Shown here in pieces: positions 45,501-55,965 of a stretch of DNA of 64,000 bases (position 1 is its first letter; every line of letters begins with the position of its first letter). Under the pieces are notes generated by a model, which made no database searches, was not told the origin of the DNA, and worked only from the letters and a program-made list of their open reading frames with translations. The DNA comes from a bacterium (lineage in GTDB: Bacteria; Zhuqueibacterota; Zhuqueibacteria; Residuimicrobiales; Krinioviventaceae): positions 512,001 through 576,000 of the forward strand of contig OY843751.1 of NCBI GenBank assembly GCA_963693055.1, given 5' to 3'. A program made the position numbers and the translations under genes.

Positions 45501-46564
45501 GCCTACGAAATGGCTCAAGTGGTTAATGTAACCATACGCCGGATATTATAAACCCATGCTGCAATCACAAATTCGAAACGATTTCGGCCCATATCATAAT
45601 AACTGCACCGATCATAATCTAATACTTGCTTCATGAAGGCAAACGGTCTTTCAACTGCATTCCGAACTTTAGATAATTGCTTATTTCTTTTTACCTGCTT
45701 TGATGTCAAATTTCGGTTCCTATATCCTTTATCAAGAATACCGCAATAGACTCCTTTGCCTCGCAGGTTGCACTTGCGGGCTTTGTTCGTGTAACCTTTA
45801 TCTGCGAACACCGCATTTTCTTTTTCTGTTATCAGATCCGGAAATAGATTGGTGTCGTGAATACTTGCGCTGGTAAACTCTACTGAATGAATAATATCAC
45901 TGTCTAAATCTGTACCAATATGGCCCTTGTAGCCATAATGCGTTTTGCCACGTTTCTTTGTGAAATCTGCATCACGATCACGTTTGCTTCCTGGTTTCGC
46001 TTGTGCTTGCTTAATGGTTGCATCAACAAGGGTTCCTTTGCCAACGATTAGACCCATTTTTTCAAGCTGTTTGTTGAATTGCCGGAACAGTATTTTATCA
46101 AGACCAAGGCGAGAAAATTGTTCACGATAGCGACAGATAGTGGTCTCGTCAGGGATTGCATCAGCACTGGTCAGTTCCAGAAACAATTGAAAACTACGTC
46201 GATCCGCAATCTCTTCTTCCAGGCGAGGATCGGATAAACCATAGATACGTTGTAATAAAAAACAACGAACAATAACTAACAAATCAAATGACGGCTTGCC
46301 TGCATTTGATTTTCTGGTTTTTGATTGTTCAATACGTTCTTCAATGGGTTCAAGCAAATTTTGCCAATCAATTTTTTCTTTGATAATTTCCAGAGCTTGT
46401 TTGCTTTGGGTTTTTATATGCTTTTTGAAATTTTCATTTGCTGCTGTGGTAAACAAGTCTTCATTGTGTATTCTATTGCGGCCCATGTGAAGCTCCTATT
46501 TGTTTTTTCATACAGCAAATTAGTAAATTTTAACCTTTGATTCTAATAATATTTCAGAGGTTTC
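45501..46564 (-). mobile_element. IS5-family insertion sequence (ends tentative)
   Basis: Transposase flanked by imperfect IRs GCCTACGAAAT / ATTTCAGAGGTTTC, with ATAT on both outer sides. Confidence 0.7.
45515..46486 (-). CDS. IS5-family DDE transposase
   Basis: LQRIYGLSDPRLEE; PDETTICRYR; VDATI; YGYKGHI; ADKGY; RNAVERPF. Confidence 0.95.
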   Translation of the reverse strand: MGRNRIHNEDLFTTAANENFKKHIKTQSKQALEIIKEKIDWQNLLEPIEERIEQSKTRKSNAGKPSFDLLVIVRCFLLQRIYGLSDPRLEEEIADRRSFQLFLELTSADAIPDETTICRYREQFSRLGLDKILFRQFNKQLEKMGLIVGKGTLVDATIKQAQAKPGSKRDRDADFTKKRGKTHYGYKGHIGTDLDSDIIHSVEFTSASIHDTNLFPDLITEKENAVFADKGYTNKARKCNLRGKGVYCGILDKGYRNRNLTSKQVKRNKQLSKVRNAVERPFAFMKQVLDYDRCSYYDMGRNRFEFVIAAWVYNIRRMVTLTT

Positions 46565-46597
46565 ATATAATTAATGTACTATTAACGAGGGGTGACT

Positions 46598-47002
46598 ATG
46601 AAGATAATTTCAATTTTAATTCTATTATTAATGTTTACGGCTTGTTCAGCACTGCTTGATCCTGATGAGCAGGCAAAGCTGGTCCTAAGTGAGGGGTCCT
46701 ACCAAAATTTTACCGATTCCTCCGGCAATACACATTCCGCCATACAATGGAAATATCGTGTGAAATCTGTTTCCTGCCAAATTGGTGGCTATGGATTAAA
46801 CAGAGGAGGGCATAGTGCTTCTGTTATCTGGTGGAAGAAGAAAACCATACAGCCGGGGATAGAGTATACGTTTTCAGATACACTCAATTCAGCAATCACG
46901 GCTAATAGCGGGACACGCGTTTCCATGGAGGGATATATAGATCAGGATAATGGCGGAATTAAATCCATTTCTTCTGAAATCCATTTGGTGGAACGAAAAT
47001 AA
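46598..47002 (+). CDS. Hypothetical lipoprotein
   Basis: SD GAGGGG; FTAC lipobox. Confidence 0.8.
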   Translation: MKIISILILLLMFTACSALLDPDEQAKLVLSEGSYQNFTDSSGNTHSAIQWKYRVKSVSCQIGGYGLNRGGHSASVIWWKKKTIQPGIEYTFSDTLNSAITANSGTRVSMEGYIDQDNGGIKSISSEIHLVERK

Positions 47003-47167
47003 AAATTAGACTGACAATTCAAGTTGTTCCAATTATTTAATTCTTGTATCCTGTAAAAGAATTAATTATACTCTGGTGTATACTGTTTGTATTTTTTTAA
47101 AATAGCTATTCTTTTTTATCCATCCTTTTTAAAAAGAGAACTGTCATTGAAAATACAGAGGAGCACT

Positions 47168-48618
47168 ATGAGAAACCTACCTCGTCGTCATTTTTTGCAA
47201 CTTGCAGGTTTAGCGGGGGCATCAATGTTAATCCCGGGTTGTGCAAAGAAAACAAAACCCAACATAGTATTGATTATGGCCGATGATATGGGCTATGGTG
47301 ATCCGGGTTGCTATAATCCGGAAAGTAAAGCACCAACTCCTAATATCGATCAGCTTGCGGCTGATGGAATGCGGTTTACCAATGCTCATTCAGCCGGGTC
47401 TTTGTGTATTCCCGCACGATATGGTTTGTTGACCGGCAGGTACCCCATGCGGGAAGATATGGACAAGCATCACTATACCAATCTGATTGAACCGGGACGC
47501 GAAACGCTAGCTACTATAGTCAAGAAAAGCGGATACCGGACTGCCATGGTAGGGAAATGGCACCTGGGTTTTGAACATATCGATGACCCTGATTTCAGTA
47601 AACCACTCAAAGGCGGTCCTGTTGATTGCGGTTTTGATTCCTTTTTCGGCATGCATGCATCGCTGGATATTCAACCCTATTATTATATCGAAAATGACCG
47701 TGCCGTATCTCCACCCACAGAGACGATAGAGGCCCACAACAGTCCCGATGTTACTCCTGTTCAGGGTGCATTCTGGCGGAAAGGTAAAATAGCGCCGGGA
47801 TTCAAACATGATGAGGTTTTACCCAAATTTGCGGAAAAGTCCATTACATTTTTAAAACAGCAGGATAAAAACAATCCGTTTTTTTTCTATCTGGCGCTTG
47901 CAGCGCCGCATACTCCCTGGCTGCCCCAGGGTAAATTCCGTGGGATGAGTAAAGCTGGGGATTATGGAGATTTTGTATCGCAGGTTGATGATGTGGTTGG
48001 CCGTGTCTTGAAAACGCTTCAGGACAAAGGTCTTGCTGAGAATACTCTGGTCATATTTACCAGTGATAACGGACCTGTCTGGTTCAAACAAGATGTGGAA
48101 CGTTATGATCATCGTTCTGTTTCTTTTTTACGGGGAATGAAAGCTGATGCCTACGAGGCGGGCACCGGATGCCCTTTATTGCACGCTGGCCCGGAAAGGT
48201 ACAGCCCGGCAGTGTAAACGATCATGTTATTAGTTTTGTAGATATTTTGGCAACACTTGCCGAGGTAGCCGGTCAGCCGTTAACCCAATATGCTGAAGAC
48301 AGCTATAGTATTGTTCCGATTCTGATGGACAAGGATTACCCAAAACCTTTACGGGAAGCTACTGTAATAGACAGTAACACGCTTATACAATGGCCCTGGA
48401 AACTGATTGTGGGATCAGGATTGGGTGGAATACATGCGCGTTATAATCCTGAATTGCAGGATGATCGACATAAAGGAACGCATTTTAACGAACTTTATAA
48501 TTTAGAAAAAGACCCATCTGAAACTCAAAATCTTGCAGAGCAGCACCCTGAAATTGTAGAGCGTTTAAAGAAATTGCTAAATACATATAAAGAACAGGGA
48601 TTCAGTGTAAAACGTTAA
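47168..48618 (+). pseudogene. Tat-exported S1 (Cys-type) sulfatase with a single -1 frameshift at ~48157 (possibly a sequencing error)
   Basis: PRRHFL; PNIVLIMADD; CIPAR; GKWHLG; expected YEGGHRMP is split across ORFs 47087-48217 and 48169-48618. Confidence 0.85.
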
Positions 48619-48646
48619 TTCAATTCTGATAAAAATTGGGAGTTTT

Positions 48647-49948
48647 ATGAAACGCAGACAGTTTTTAAAAGATCTGGTCACAGGTACCGCAGCAATATCT
48701 ACATTTTCGTTTTATCAATGCAGTAAAATAAAACCCAAGCCCAATGTTGTATTGATCATGGTAGATGATTTTGGGTATGAATGTATTCGTGCCAATGGCG
48801 GCACCTCTTATAAAACACCATATATCGACAGACTGGCAGAGACCGGCATGCGGTTTACGCATTGTTATTCCATGCCGCTGTGTACACCATCCCGTGTGCA
48901 GATCATGACCGGGAAATACAATTTTAGAAACTATACGGAATTTGGTGCGCTTAAACCGGGCGAGTATACGTTTGGTAATTTGTTTCAGCAGAATGGTTAC
49001 AAGACCTGCGTTGCCGGTAAATGGCAGTTGGCGGGAAGTGTAAAGGGCACACCGCAGGTTGGTGAGGGAACTATGCCAAATGATGCCGGATTTGATGAAT
49101 ATTGCCTGTGGCATTTAAATGTCCGTGATAAGCGTTACTGGTATCCTGTTATTGATCAAAATGGAGAAATGCGCAAAGATATTCATGATCGTTTTGGGCC
49201 GGATGTATTTGTTGATTATATAAATGATTTTGTGAACCGTAATCAAAAAGACCCATTTTTTGTATATTATCCCATGGCTCTTACCCACGATCCGTTTTTG
49301 CCAACTCCTGATGATAATCCCACAGACGAAGAAAAAGAATCCAAAGGACCTGAGAATTTCCCCAGTTTTGTTCGCTATACAGATAAAATGGTCAAACGTA
49401 TAGTAGATAATCTGGATAAATTGGGCTTACGAGAGAATACATTGATTTTGTTTACCGGAGATAATGGTACACACAAGAGTATAACCAGTCAGCTGGATGG
49501 CAAGCCTCTTCGCGGAGACAAGGGTATGCCCACCATTGCCGGTACGCATGTACCCTTGATTGCAAACTGGCCAGGAACAATTCCCGGGGGAGTTGTTAAA
49601 AACGATCTCGTAGATTTTACTGATTTTTTTCCCACTTTGGCAGAAACAGCAGGTATAGAGCCTCCTGTTGAATTGTTTTTGGATGGACACAGCTTTTTAC
49701 CCCAGCTAAAAGGCGAGACCGGAAATCCCAGAGAATGGGTGTTCTGCCATTATGATCCACGTTGGGGAACGCGACCCAGCGCCAGATATGTTCATAACAA
49801 ATATTTAAAGCTGTACGGCGATGGCAGAATATTCAATATTGCTTCTGATCCCCTGGAAGAAAAACCGCTTGAATTTGAAAACATGGACCGGGTAAGCCAG
49901 GAGACAATAAGAGAATTTGAAAAGGTGTTAAAATTATATCGGAAATAG
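48647..49948 (+). CDS. Tat-exported S1 sulfatase
   Basis: MKRRQFLK; PNVVLIMVDD; CTPSR; GKWQL; FTGDNG. Confidence 0.93.
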   Translation: MKRRQFLKDLVTGTAAISTFSFYQCSKIKPKPNVVLIMVDDFGYECIRANGGTSYKTPYIDRLAETGMRFTHCYSMPLCTPSRVQIMTGKYNFRNYTEFGALKPGEYTFGNLFQQNGYKTCVAGKWQLAGSVKGTPQVGEGTMPNDAGFDEYCLWHLNVRDKRYWYPVIDQNGEMRKDIHDRFGPDVFVDYINDFVNRNQKDPFFVYYPMALTHDPFLPTPDDNPTDEEKESKGPENFPSFVRYTDKMVKRIVDNLDKLGLRENTLILFTGDNGTHKSITSQLDGKPLRGDKGMPTIAGTHVPLIANWPGTIPGGVVKNDLVDFTDFFPTLAETAGIEPPVELFLDGHSFLPQLKGETGNPREWVFCHYDPRWGTRPSARYVHNKYLKLYGDGRIFNIASDPLEEKPLEFENMDRVSQETIREFEKVLKLYRK

Positions 49949-50017
49949 CGTTTGAATTTAGTTGTAATTGCGTTTAGTAACAGTGTTTATCTTGTGTGTG
50001 AAAAAATGGAGAACCGT

Positions 50018-51622
50018 TTGAAAAGATTCAAAGATTGTTCTGGCTTGATTTTAGTGTTTTTAGTAATTTGCTCAAATCTCGTTTATGCACAATCAACGAA
50101 AAACGCAATTCTTTCAACAGAAATTCTAGAATCATATATTGATCGATTTGTCGAGCAGGATGAAGAAATAAATGTTCAGTATATACCTAATGAAAAGGCA
50201 TTTGAATTTTTACAATCCAATATTCCACTGTTTGAATGTCCGGATAAAGATATCGAACGCACCTACTATTTCAGATGGTGGACCTTTCGAAAGCATATAA
50301 AAGAAACCCCAGATGGTTTTGTGGTGACCGAATTCCTGCCGGATGTCGGTTGGGCAGGGAAGCATAATACAATCAGTTGTGCAGCTGGACACCATTTTTA
50401 CGAAGGTAGATGGCTGCATGATTCGAGATTTCTAAATGATTATGCCCGGTTCTGGTTCAGAGGAGGTGGCTCACCACGGGGATATAGCTTTTGGGCTGCT
50501 GACGCTTTATATGCTTTTCATAACGTCCACATACAAGACTCTCTCCTAGTGGATTTACTTCCGGATCTGATTGAAAATTACGAAAAATGGATTGAGGGTT
50601 GGTTATGGAGAGATAAATGGCCAATAGGACAAGATCAAGATGGATTGTTTTATATTGTTGATGACCGTGAAGGTATGGAATTGTCAATCAGTCATTATGG
50701 TAAAAGACCTTCAATTAACTCGTATATGTATGGAGATGCCGTTGCCATAAGTAAAATTGCAGCATTAGATAATAATGAAGAGATAAAAAATCAATATGCA
50801 GCAAAAGCAAAAACGTTGCAAACCCTTGTTCAGGAAAAGTTGTGGGACGACGAGCAAAAGTTTTTTAAAACAAAACTCACAAATTCCGCAAAATTGGTCA
50901 ATGTCCGGGAGTTGATAGGGTATACACCGTGGTATTTTGGGCTGCCCGACAGGAACAAGGGCTATGAAGAGGCCTGGCTTGAGATTGTGAATACCGAAGG
51001 ATTTTACGCGCCCTTTGGACCAACAACGGCTGAACAACGCCACCCCAAATTTATGAAACAGCATACAAAGGGTTGCCAATGGGATGGACCTTCGTGGCCA
51101 TACTCCACATCTTTGACCTTGACTGCGCTTGCGAATGTATTGAATGATTATGATCAAGAGTATGTAACAAAATCAGATTATTTTGATCTTTTATCCATTT
51201 ATGCCAACAGTCACAAGCTTTTAAAACCAAATGGTGAGATAGTACCATGGATTGATGAAAATCTGCAGCCTTTTACCGGTGACTGGATCATGCGCTCAAT
51301 TAATATCATGTGGAACTGGTCTCGTGGTTATGAACGGGGAAAAGATTATAATCATTCTACTTTTTGTGATTTAATCATAACAGGCTTGATGGGCTTAAGA
51401 CCCAGTGCCGATAATGTGCTTTTAATAAATCCTCTGGTGCCGGAAAATGTTTGGGACTGGTTTTGCATGGATAATATATTATATAAAAATCATATTGTTT
51501 GTATTTTATGGGATGCTTCCGGAAAGAAATATAACCAGGGTGCGGGATTCAGGATTTTTATTGACGGCAAACCCGTTGCACAATCACAAAAGCTAGAGAC
51601 AATAGAGCTACAATTGGATTAA
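50018..51622 (+). CDS. Glycoside hydrolase, GH63/MGH1-like (alpha/alpha)6 barrel
   Basis: YYFRWW; DDREGME; RPSINSY; RELIG; WDGPSWP; DYNHS; start uncertain (50006 or 50018). Confidence 0.8.
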   Translation: MKRFKDCSGLILVFLVICSNLVYAQSTKNAILSTEILESYIDRFVEQDEEINVQYIPNEKAFEFLQSNIPLFECPDKDIERTYYFRWWTFRKHIKETPDGFVVTEFLPDVGWAGKHNTISCAAGHHFYEGRWLHDSRFLNDYARFWFRGGGSPRGYSFWAADALYAFHNVHIQDSLLVDLLPDLIENYEKWIEGWLWRDKWPIGQDQDGLFYIVDDREGMELSISHYGKRPSINSYMYGDAVAISKIAALDNNEEIKNQYAAKAKTLQTLVQEKLWDDEQKFFKTKLTNSAKLVNVRELIGYTPWYFGLPDRNKGYEEAWLEIVNTEGFYAPFGPTTAEQRHPKFMKQHTKGCQWDGPSWPYSTSLTLTALANVLNDYDQEYVTKSDYFDLLSIYANSHKLLKPNGEIVPWIDENLQPFTGDWIMRSINIMWNWSRGYERGKDYNHSTFCDLIITGLMGLRPSADNVLLINPLVPENVWDWFCMDNILYKNHIVCILWDASGKKYNQGAGFRIFIDGKPVAQSQKLETIELQLD

Positions 51623-51691
51623 TCAGGTATGGGGGCGCTACCAGAGAATGTAAGCACACATTGTATCCATTACAATGTGCGCTTTTGTTTT

Positions 51692-52486
51692 TTATTGATT
51701 TTTATAATAGATAAATTCTACGCTGTCATTGGTGCGTGTGTATTGCTTGAGATCGTCGATGCTTTCAGCCTGGTTGCAAACAAAGTAAAAAGAATCTCCT
51801 ATTCTCATCCCCACAAGCTCGCCACCATAAACAGATTTGATCCTTTGCAGTTCAGATACAAGCTTTGCATCCATAACAAAAGTAACATGGTATTCATACG
51901 CAAAACCATCTGTAGAGGCGTTTTCTTTTGTAATCTTTACTAAATGTGCATTCATTCTTGCCTGTTGGGGAATTTCTGCAGGCCATTGGTCTTGTTGCGA
52001 GTTTGATCCTGAATTTAATTCTGCAAAGTTGAAGGATCTAAATAATTGAATTGCTGCATTCTTTTCAAGCATGGGGGAGGCCATTACAACAATACTGGAA
52101 AATAGTTCAGGCATTTGCACACACATCATTGAATATGAATGCTTTGCATCCATTGCAAAATATACAGACTTTAGACCGTTCAGATCGAATTCTGTTTCAT
52201 TTTTTGATGCTGCCATCATTTTGTATTGCGAGAAATCTGAAATGGCATTAAAACTGATTTTAAAACCCGATTTTTGATTTTTTCTGTATTCTGCATTATA
52301 TACTACTGTTTCATTAAATTCAGCTTCTCCTTCTTTACTTGCCTGAATAAAAGAGTATCCTGGTAATGCTTGCTTTTTTGCCCATTTTTCAAAAGCAGTA
52401 AATAAAGTTTTGTCTGTAAAGTTGGCACCAATTGCTACACTCGTAATCGCAAAGAATAAAACGGACATTGTTATTCTTTTAACCAT
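51692..52486 (-). CDS. Exported hypothetical protein
   Basis: SD GGAG; signal peptide. Confidence 0.75.
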   Translation of the reverse strand: MVKRITMSVLFFAITSVAIGANFTDKTLFTAFEKWAKKQALPGYSFIQASKEGEAEFNETVVYNAEYRKNQKSGFKISFNAISDFSQYKMMAASKNETEFDLNGLKSVYFAMDAKHSYSMMCVQMPELFSSIVVMASPMLEKNAAIQLFRSFNFAELNSGSNSQQDQWPAEIPQQARMNAHLVKITKENASTDGFAYEYHVTFVMDAKLVSELQRIKSVYGGELVGMRIGDSFYFVCNQAESIDDLKQYTRTNDSVEFIYYKNQ

Positions 52487-52610
52487 AGTCGACTCCAAAT
52501 TTTGAAATTGTAATATTTTGAATGATTAAAGATATGCATTTATGAATATAAATTCAACTCGGTAGGTATTTTTTTTATTATTTTTAAAAGAATTTATCAC
52601 TAATGTTTTT

Positions 52611-53159
52611 TTACATCCACCAATTATCTTCTCCCTTGATTAATATCAGCTTGTCGTTTTTTAGATTATATTCAAAGGTTATTGTGGGGATGTATTGCCA
52701 TTTTGTAAAAATTGCGTCATCAATATGTTCTGGTAACTCGTCTTCATTGCCCTCAAAATCTAGTGTGAGCACATGTCGATTCTCATCCAATGTGATTTCC
52801 GGTGTGGATGGATGTGGAATGTTCCGGGATTCGGTAATTTTATTATTTCTGTGAACGGTTATAAAAACATAGCTGCTGGCAAAAACACCAGTGCCCATGG
52901 ATAGTTGAGAAATAAGCAGTACGTGTTTTCCACCATATGAAAATCGGTTATTTATATAAAAGCTGTCCCCACCGGTCAATTGATAGACGGTGTCTTGATC
53001 TACTGTAAGAAAATAATCCGTTTGTATACGCTCGTCTGCTTTTACAATTTGAATGTCTTTGGGGTGTTGCGGTATTGTGTTTTTCAATGCAAAAGTAAAG
53101 ATGAAAAGACCTGTAATGGTTCCCAGTACAATTGTTAGTATTACAGATACTTTTGACAT
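52611..53159 (-). CDS. Membrane-anchored hypothetical protein
   Basis: N-terminal TM helix from ATG 53159; SD AAGGA. Confidence 0.7.
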   Translation of the reverse strand: MSKVSVILTIVLGTITGLFIFTFALKNTIPQHPKDIQIVKADERIQTDYFLTVDQDTVYQLTGGDSFYINNRFSYGGKHVLLISQLSMGTGVFASSYVFITVHRNNKITESRNIPHPSTPEITLDENRHVLTLDFEGNEDELPEHIDDAIFTKWQYIPTITFEYNLKNDKLILIKGEDNWWM

Positions 53160-53229
53160 TAAAATCCATCCTTGAAAAAGTCCTGAAATATGATTAATAT
53201 ACAAAATTATTTTTGAATTAAAAGGTATT

Positions 53230-55155
53230 ATGAAGACGTTTATATATATAATTATTCTGTTAGTAATTGCTATATCAATCAGTATAATTTATGATACAAC
53301 AAGGATATTGAACATCCATGTCAGTCCTTCTCGTCCTGCAGAACGAATTGGTGGTGATGCACACGGTATGCTCTGGAAGCTGAAAAACGATCAGCCGGTT
53401 TCCCTTGAAAATGCGAAAAATATCAGGCAATATGTTGACAGCAGATACGATTGTTCGGATTTTCGTCTGCAATCGGTTTTGCGCATGTTGTATGAATATC
53501 CTGATGAACTGGGAAACGAGATTGCAGCAGAGTTTAGATCCATGCTGTTGAATTTTAAATATTGGATGGATGAACAGGGCGACGATGGAATGTGCTACTG
53601 GAGCGAGAACCACCAGATCCTTTTCGCGGCAGCGGAATACCTGGCGGGCCAATTGTATCCCACTGATATTTTTAGTAACAACGGTATGACAGGTGCCGAG
53701 CATATGGAAAAAGCCAGAGAGCGTATTTTGACCTGGCTGGACTATCGCTGGTATTTTGGTTTCACCGAATGGTATTCGAACACCTATTACGTTGAAGATA
53801 TTGCGCCTTTGAGCATTTTAATCGATTTTGCGCAGGATGATGAAATTGCTCAAAAAGCTAAAATCATAATGGACTTGCTGATTTATGATCTGGCATCGCA
53901 GTCGTGGAAAGGTACATTTGTTAGCAGCAGCGGGCGGATGTATGAGAAAGGCAAAAAATCCGGAGAACGTTCATCCATGCGGGCGGTTTCGGAGGCGATT
54001 TTCGGGTATAATACAGATCCGGGGGAGCGCAGGGGAATGGACCTGAATTTTCTCTATATCAACAATTATCAGGTACCGGAGGTTATACGGGCCATTGGTC
54101 GTGATGAAAGCACGGTTATAATCAAGGCCAGCAACGGTCTGGATGTGGATGAACTCGGCAGCCTGGGGCTGATAGGATTGGAAACCCGGCAGATTATGAT
54201 GCAGTGGGGCATGGAGGCTTTTACACATCCAGCAGTATTTGAAAATTCGCTCAATTATGTCCGCGAAAACGAAATGTTCAGTAACGAGTTTTTATATGAA
54301 ATGAAATATCTTGATTATCGGCTTTTACGATTACTGAAACCCTATAAACTGATCAATGCAATGACCTCACCCCAAACCAACGGCACCGCCATACAACGCT
54401 CCAATTGTTATACTTATAAAACGCCGTATTACAGTATGTACACCGCGCAAGACTATCATCCCGGTGAGTATGGAGATCAGCATCATGTGTTTGGTGTGAA
54501 TCTGGATAATTCTCTATCCGTGTTCCATACGCATCCGGCATTGCTTGCGGGTGAGAAACATCCCAGGGGCAATTCTCCCACTTATTGGGTAGGAAACGGA
54601 CACCTGCCGCATTCGGTTCAGGAAGAGAATATTAATCTTTCTATTTATAAATTGCCTGAAAATAAAGCACCATTAGAGTATAGACTGATAGATTTTACCC
54701 ATTTGTATTTTCCAATAGATCGGTTTGATCAGGTGATTGTGGACAGTAATTACGTGTTTGGCAGATATGGGGATACTTTTCTAGTATTTATTGGAAAGAA
54801 CAAGCTGGAATACAATGAACCGGAAAAGGATTTCATTCAGCACGGAAAACTTACCTACTGGATTTGTGAAATGGGTGATGCAGAAACAGAGACTTTTGAT
54901 GTATTTGTCAAACGGATAAAGGGGAATCCTGTAATATGGGTGAACGATCTGCTCAGCTACCAATCCAATGGCAAAACCGTGTCAGTTCAGTGGCAGCGGG
55001 ATTTTATGATCAACAGTGAGGATGTTTATGTCGATTATCCCCGTTTTGATGCACCCTGGACATACACAGAACGAGATCCGCAAGAAATACGATTTGAGCA
55101 CAAGGGACATACATTGTATCTCAATTTTAATAAAGGCATACGAGAATTTAATTAA
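53230..55155 (+). CDS. Exported hypothetical protein, possibly heparinase II/III-like lyase fold
   Basis: N-terminal anchor; helical half with WSENHQ and EWYSNTYY; beta-rich C-terminal half. Confidence 0.7.
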   Translation: MKTFIYIIILLVIAISISIIYDTTRILNIHVSPSRPAERIGGDAHGMLWKLKNDQPVSLENAKNIRQYVDSRYDCSDFRLQSVLRMLYEYPDELGNEIAAEFRSMLLNFKYWMDEQGDDGMCYWSENHQILFAAAEYLAGQLYPTDIFSNNGMTGAEHMEKARERILTWLDYRWYFGFTEWYSNTYYVEDIAPLSILIDFAQDDEIAQKAKIIMDLLIYDLASQSWKGTFVSSSGRMYEKGKKSGERSSMRAVSEAIFGYNTDPGERRGMDLNFLYINNYQVPEVIRAIGRDESTVIIKASNGLDVDELGSLGLIGLETRQIMMQWGMEAFTHPAVFENSLNYVRENEMFSNEFLYEMKYLDYRLLRLLKPYKLINAMTSPQTNGTAIQRSNCYTYKTPYYSMYTAQDYHPGEYGDQHHVFGVNLDNSLSVFHTHPALLAGEKHPRGNSPTYWVGNGHLPHSVQEENINLSIYKLPENKAPLEYRLIDFTHLYFPIDRFDQVIVDSNYVFGRYGDTFLVFIGKNKLEYNEPEKDFIQHGKLTYWICEMGDAETETFDVFVKRIKGNPVIWVNDLLSYQSNGKTVSVQWQRDFMINSEDVYVDYPRFDAPWTYTERDPQEIRFEHKGHTLYLNFNKGIREFN

Positions 55156-55164
55156 GGAACTGAA

Positions 55165-55374
55165 ATGGAAATAGATAATAAAGACGGTAGAATACGCGAA
55201 AATTTGAAACCCGGATTACGGGTAAATATTGTATTAAAAAAAGACCAGCGCACCGGAAAACTCACCGAAGGGGTGATCAAGGATCTGCTCACCAAAGTCC
55301 CGCGTCATCATCGCGGTATCAAAGTCCGCTTGGAAAACGGCGACATTGGCCGGGTGCAGGAGATATTGGAATAA
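55165..55374 (+). CDS. YwbE (DUF2196) family protein
   Basis: VNIVLKKDQRTGKLTEG; HHRGIKVRLENGDIGRVQ. Confidence 0.9.
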   Translation: MEIDNKDGRIRENLKPGLRVNIVLKKDQRTGKLTEGVIKDLLTKVPRHHRGIKVRLENGDIGRVQEILE

Positions 55375-55392
55375 TGGGGGTTAGTAACCCCT

Positions 55393-55746
55393 TTATTTAT
55401 ATTTGATGTATGATGCTTTAATTTGCCTTTTCTCTATATCCCCTCCATCGTCTGTACTGGATGAGGTAAAAGTACTGATGTCTTTAATAATAATTGCATC
55501 CGCTCCTTTTTCTCGCGCTTCTTTGATCAGGTTGTTTTGAATATCATCGTTTGATGTTAAAAATGCACCGCTGCTTGTTGCATGACCTATGACAGTGTAT
55601 GCATTTTGAATATCATGTTCAGAGTAAAAAACATCAATGTCTGTTGTGGGGCTGTAAGACTGCCCCACATAATGAACCCTGGCGCAACCATTCAAAAAAA
55701 GCAGGAAACTAATTATCCCCATTATCGTAAGATTCTGATTTTTCAT
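55393..55746 (-). CDS. Small lipoprotein (YbjQ-like fold possible)
   Basis: LNGC lipobox; EAREKGADAIII. Confidence 0.8.
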   Translation of the reverse strand: MKNQNLTIMGIISFLLFLNGCARVHYVGQSYSPTTDIDVFYSEHDIQNAYTVIGHATSSGAFLTSNDDIQNNLIKEAREKGADAIIIKDISTFTSSSTDDGGDIEKRQIKASYIKYK

Positions 55747-55965
55747 TTTTCCTCCCTTGTTTATTATTTGATGGATTTTGATGCTATTTTGTTTACATAG
55801 CTTGAGGTTTTAGCGTAAAAAAAAAGAAAAAATATATGTCTATTAATTACTTGGTTGTATTTAGATTATTACTTATATTCTTTCAGGGACCAGGCGCTTG
55901 ATGGTTGCTTTTCTTATTTAATCCAATCACATTGCAGTAAAAATTTAGAAAACAGGACGCATGAA

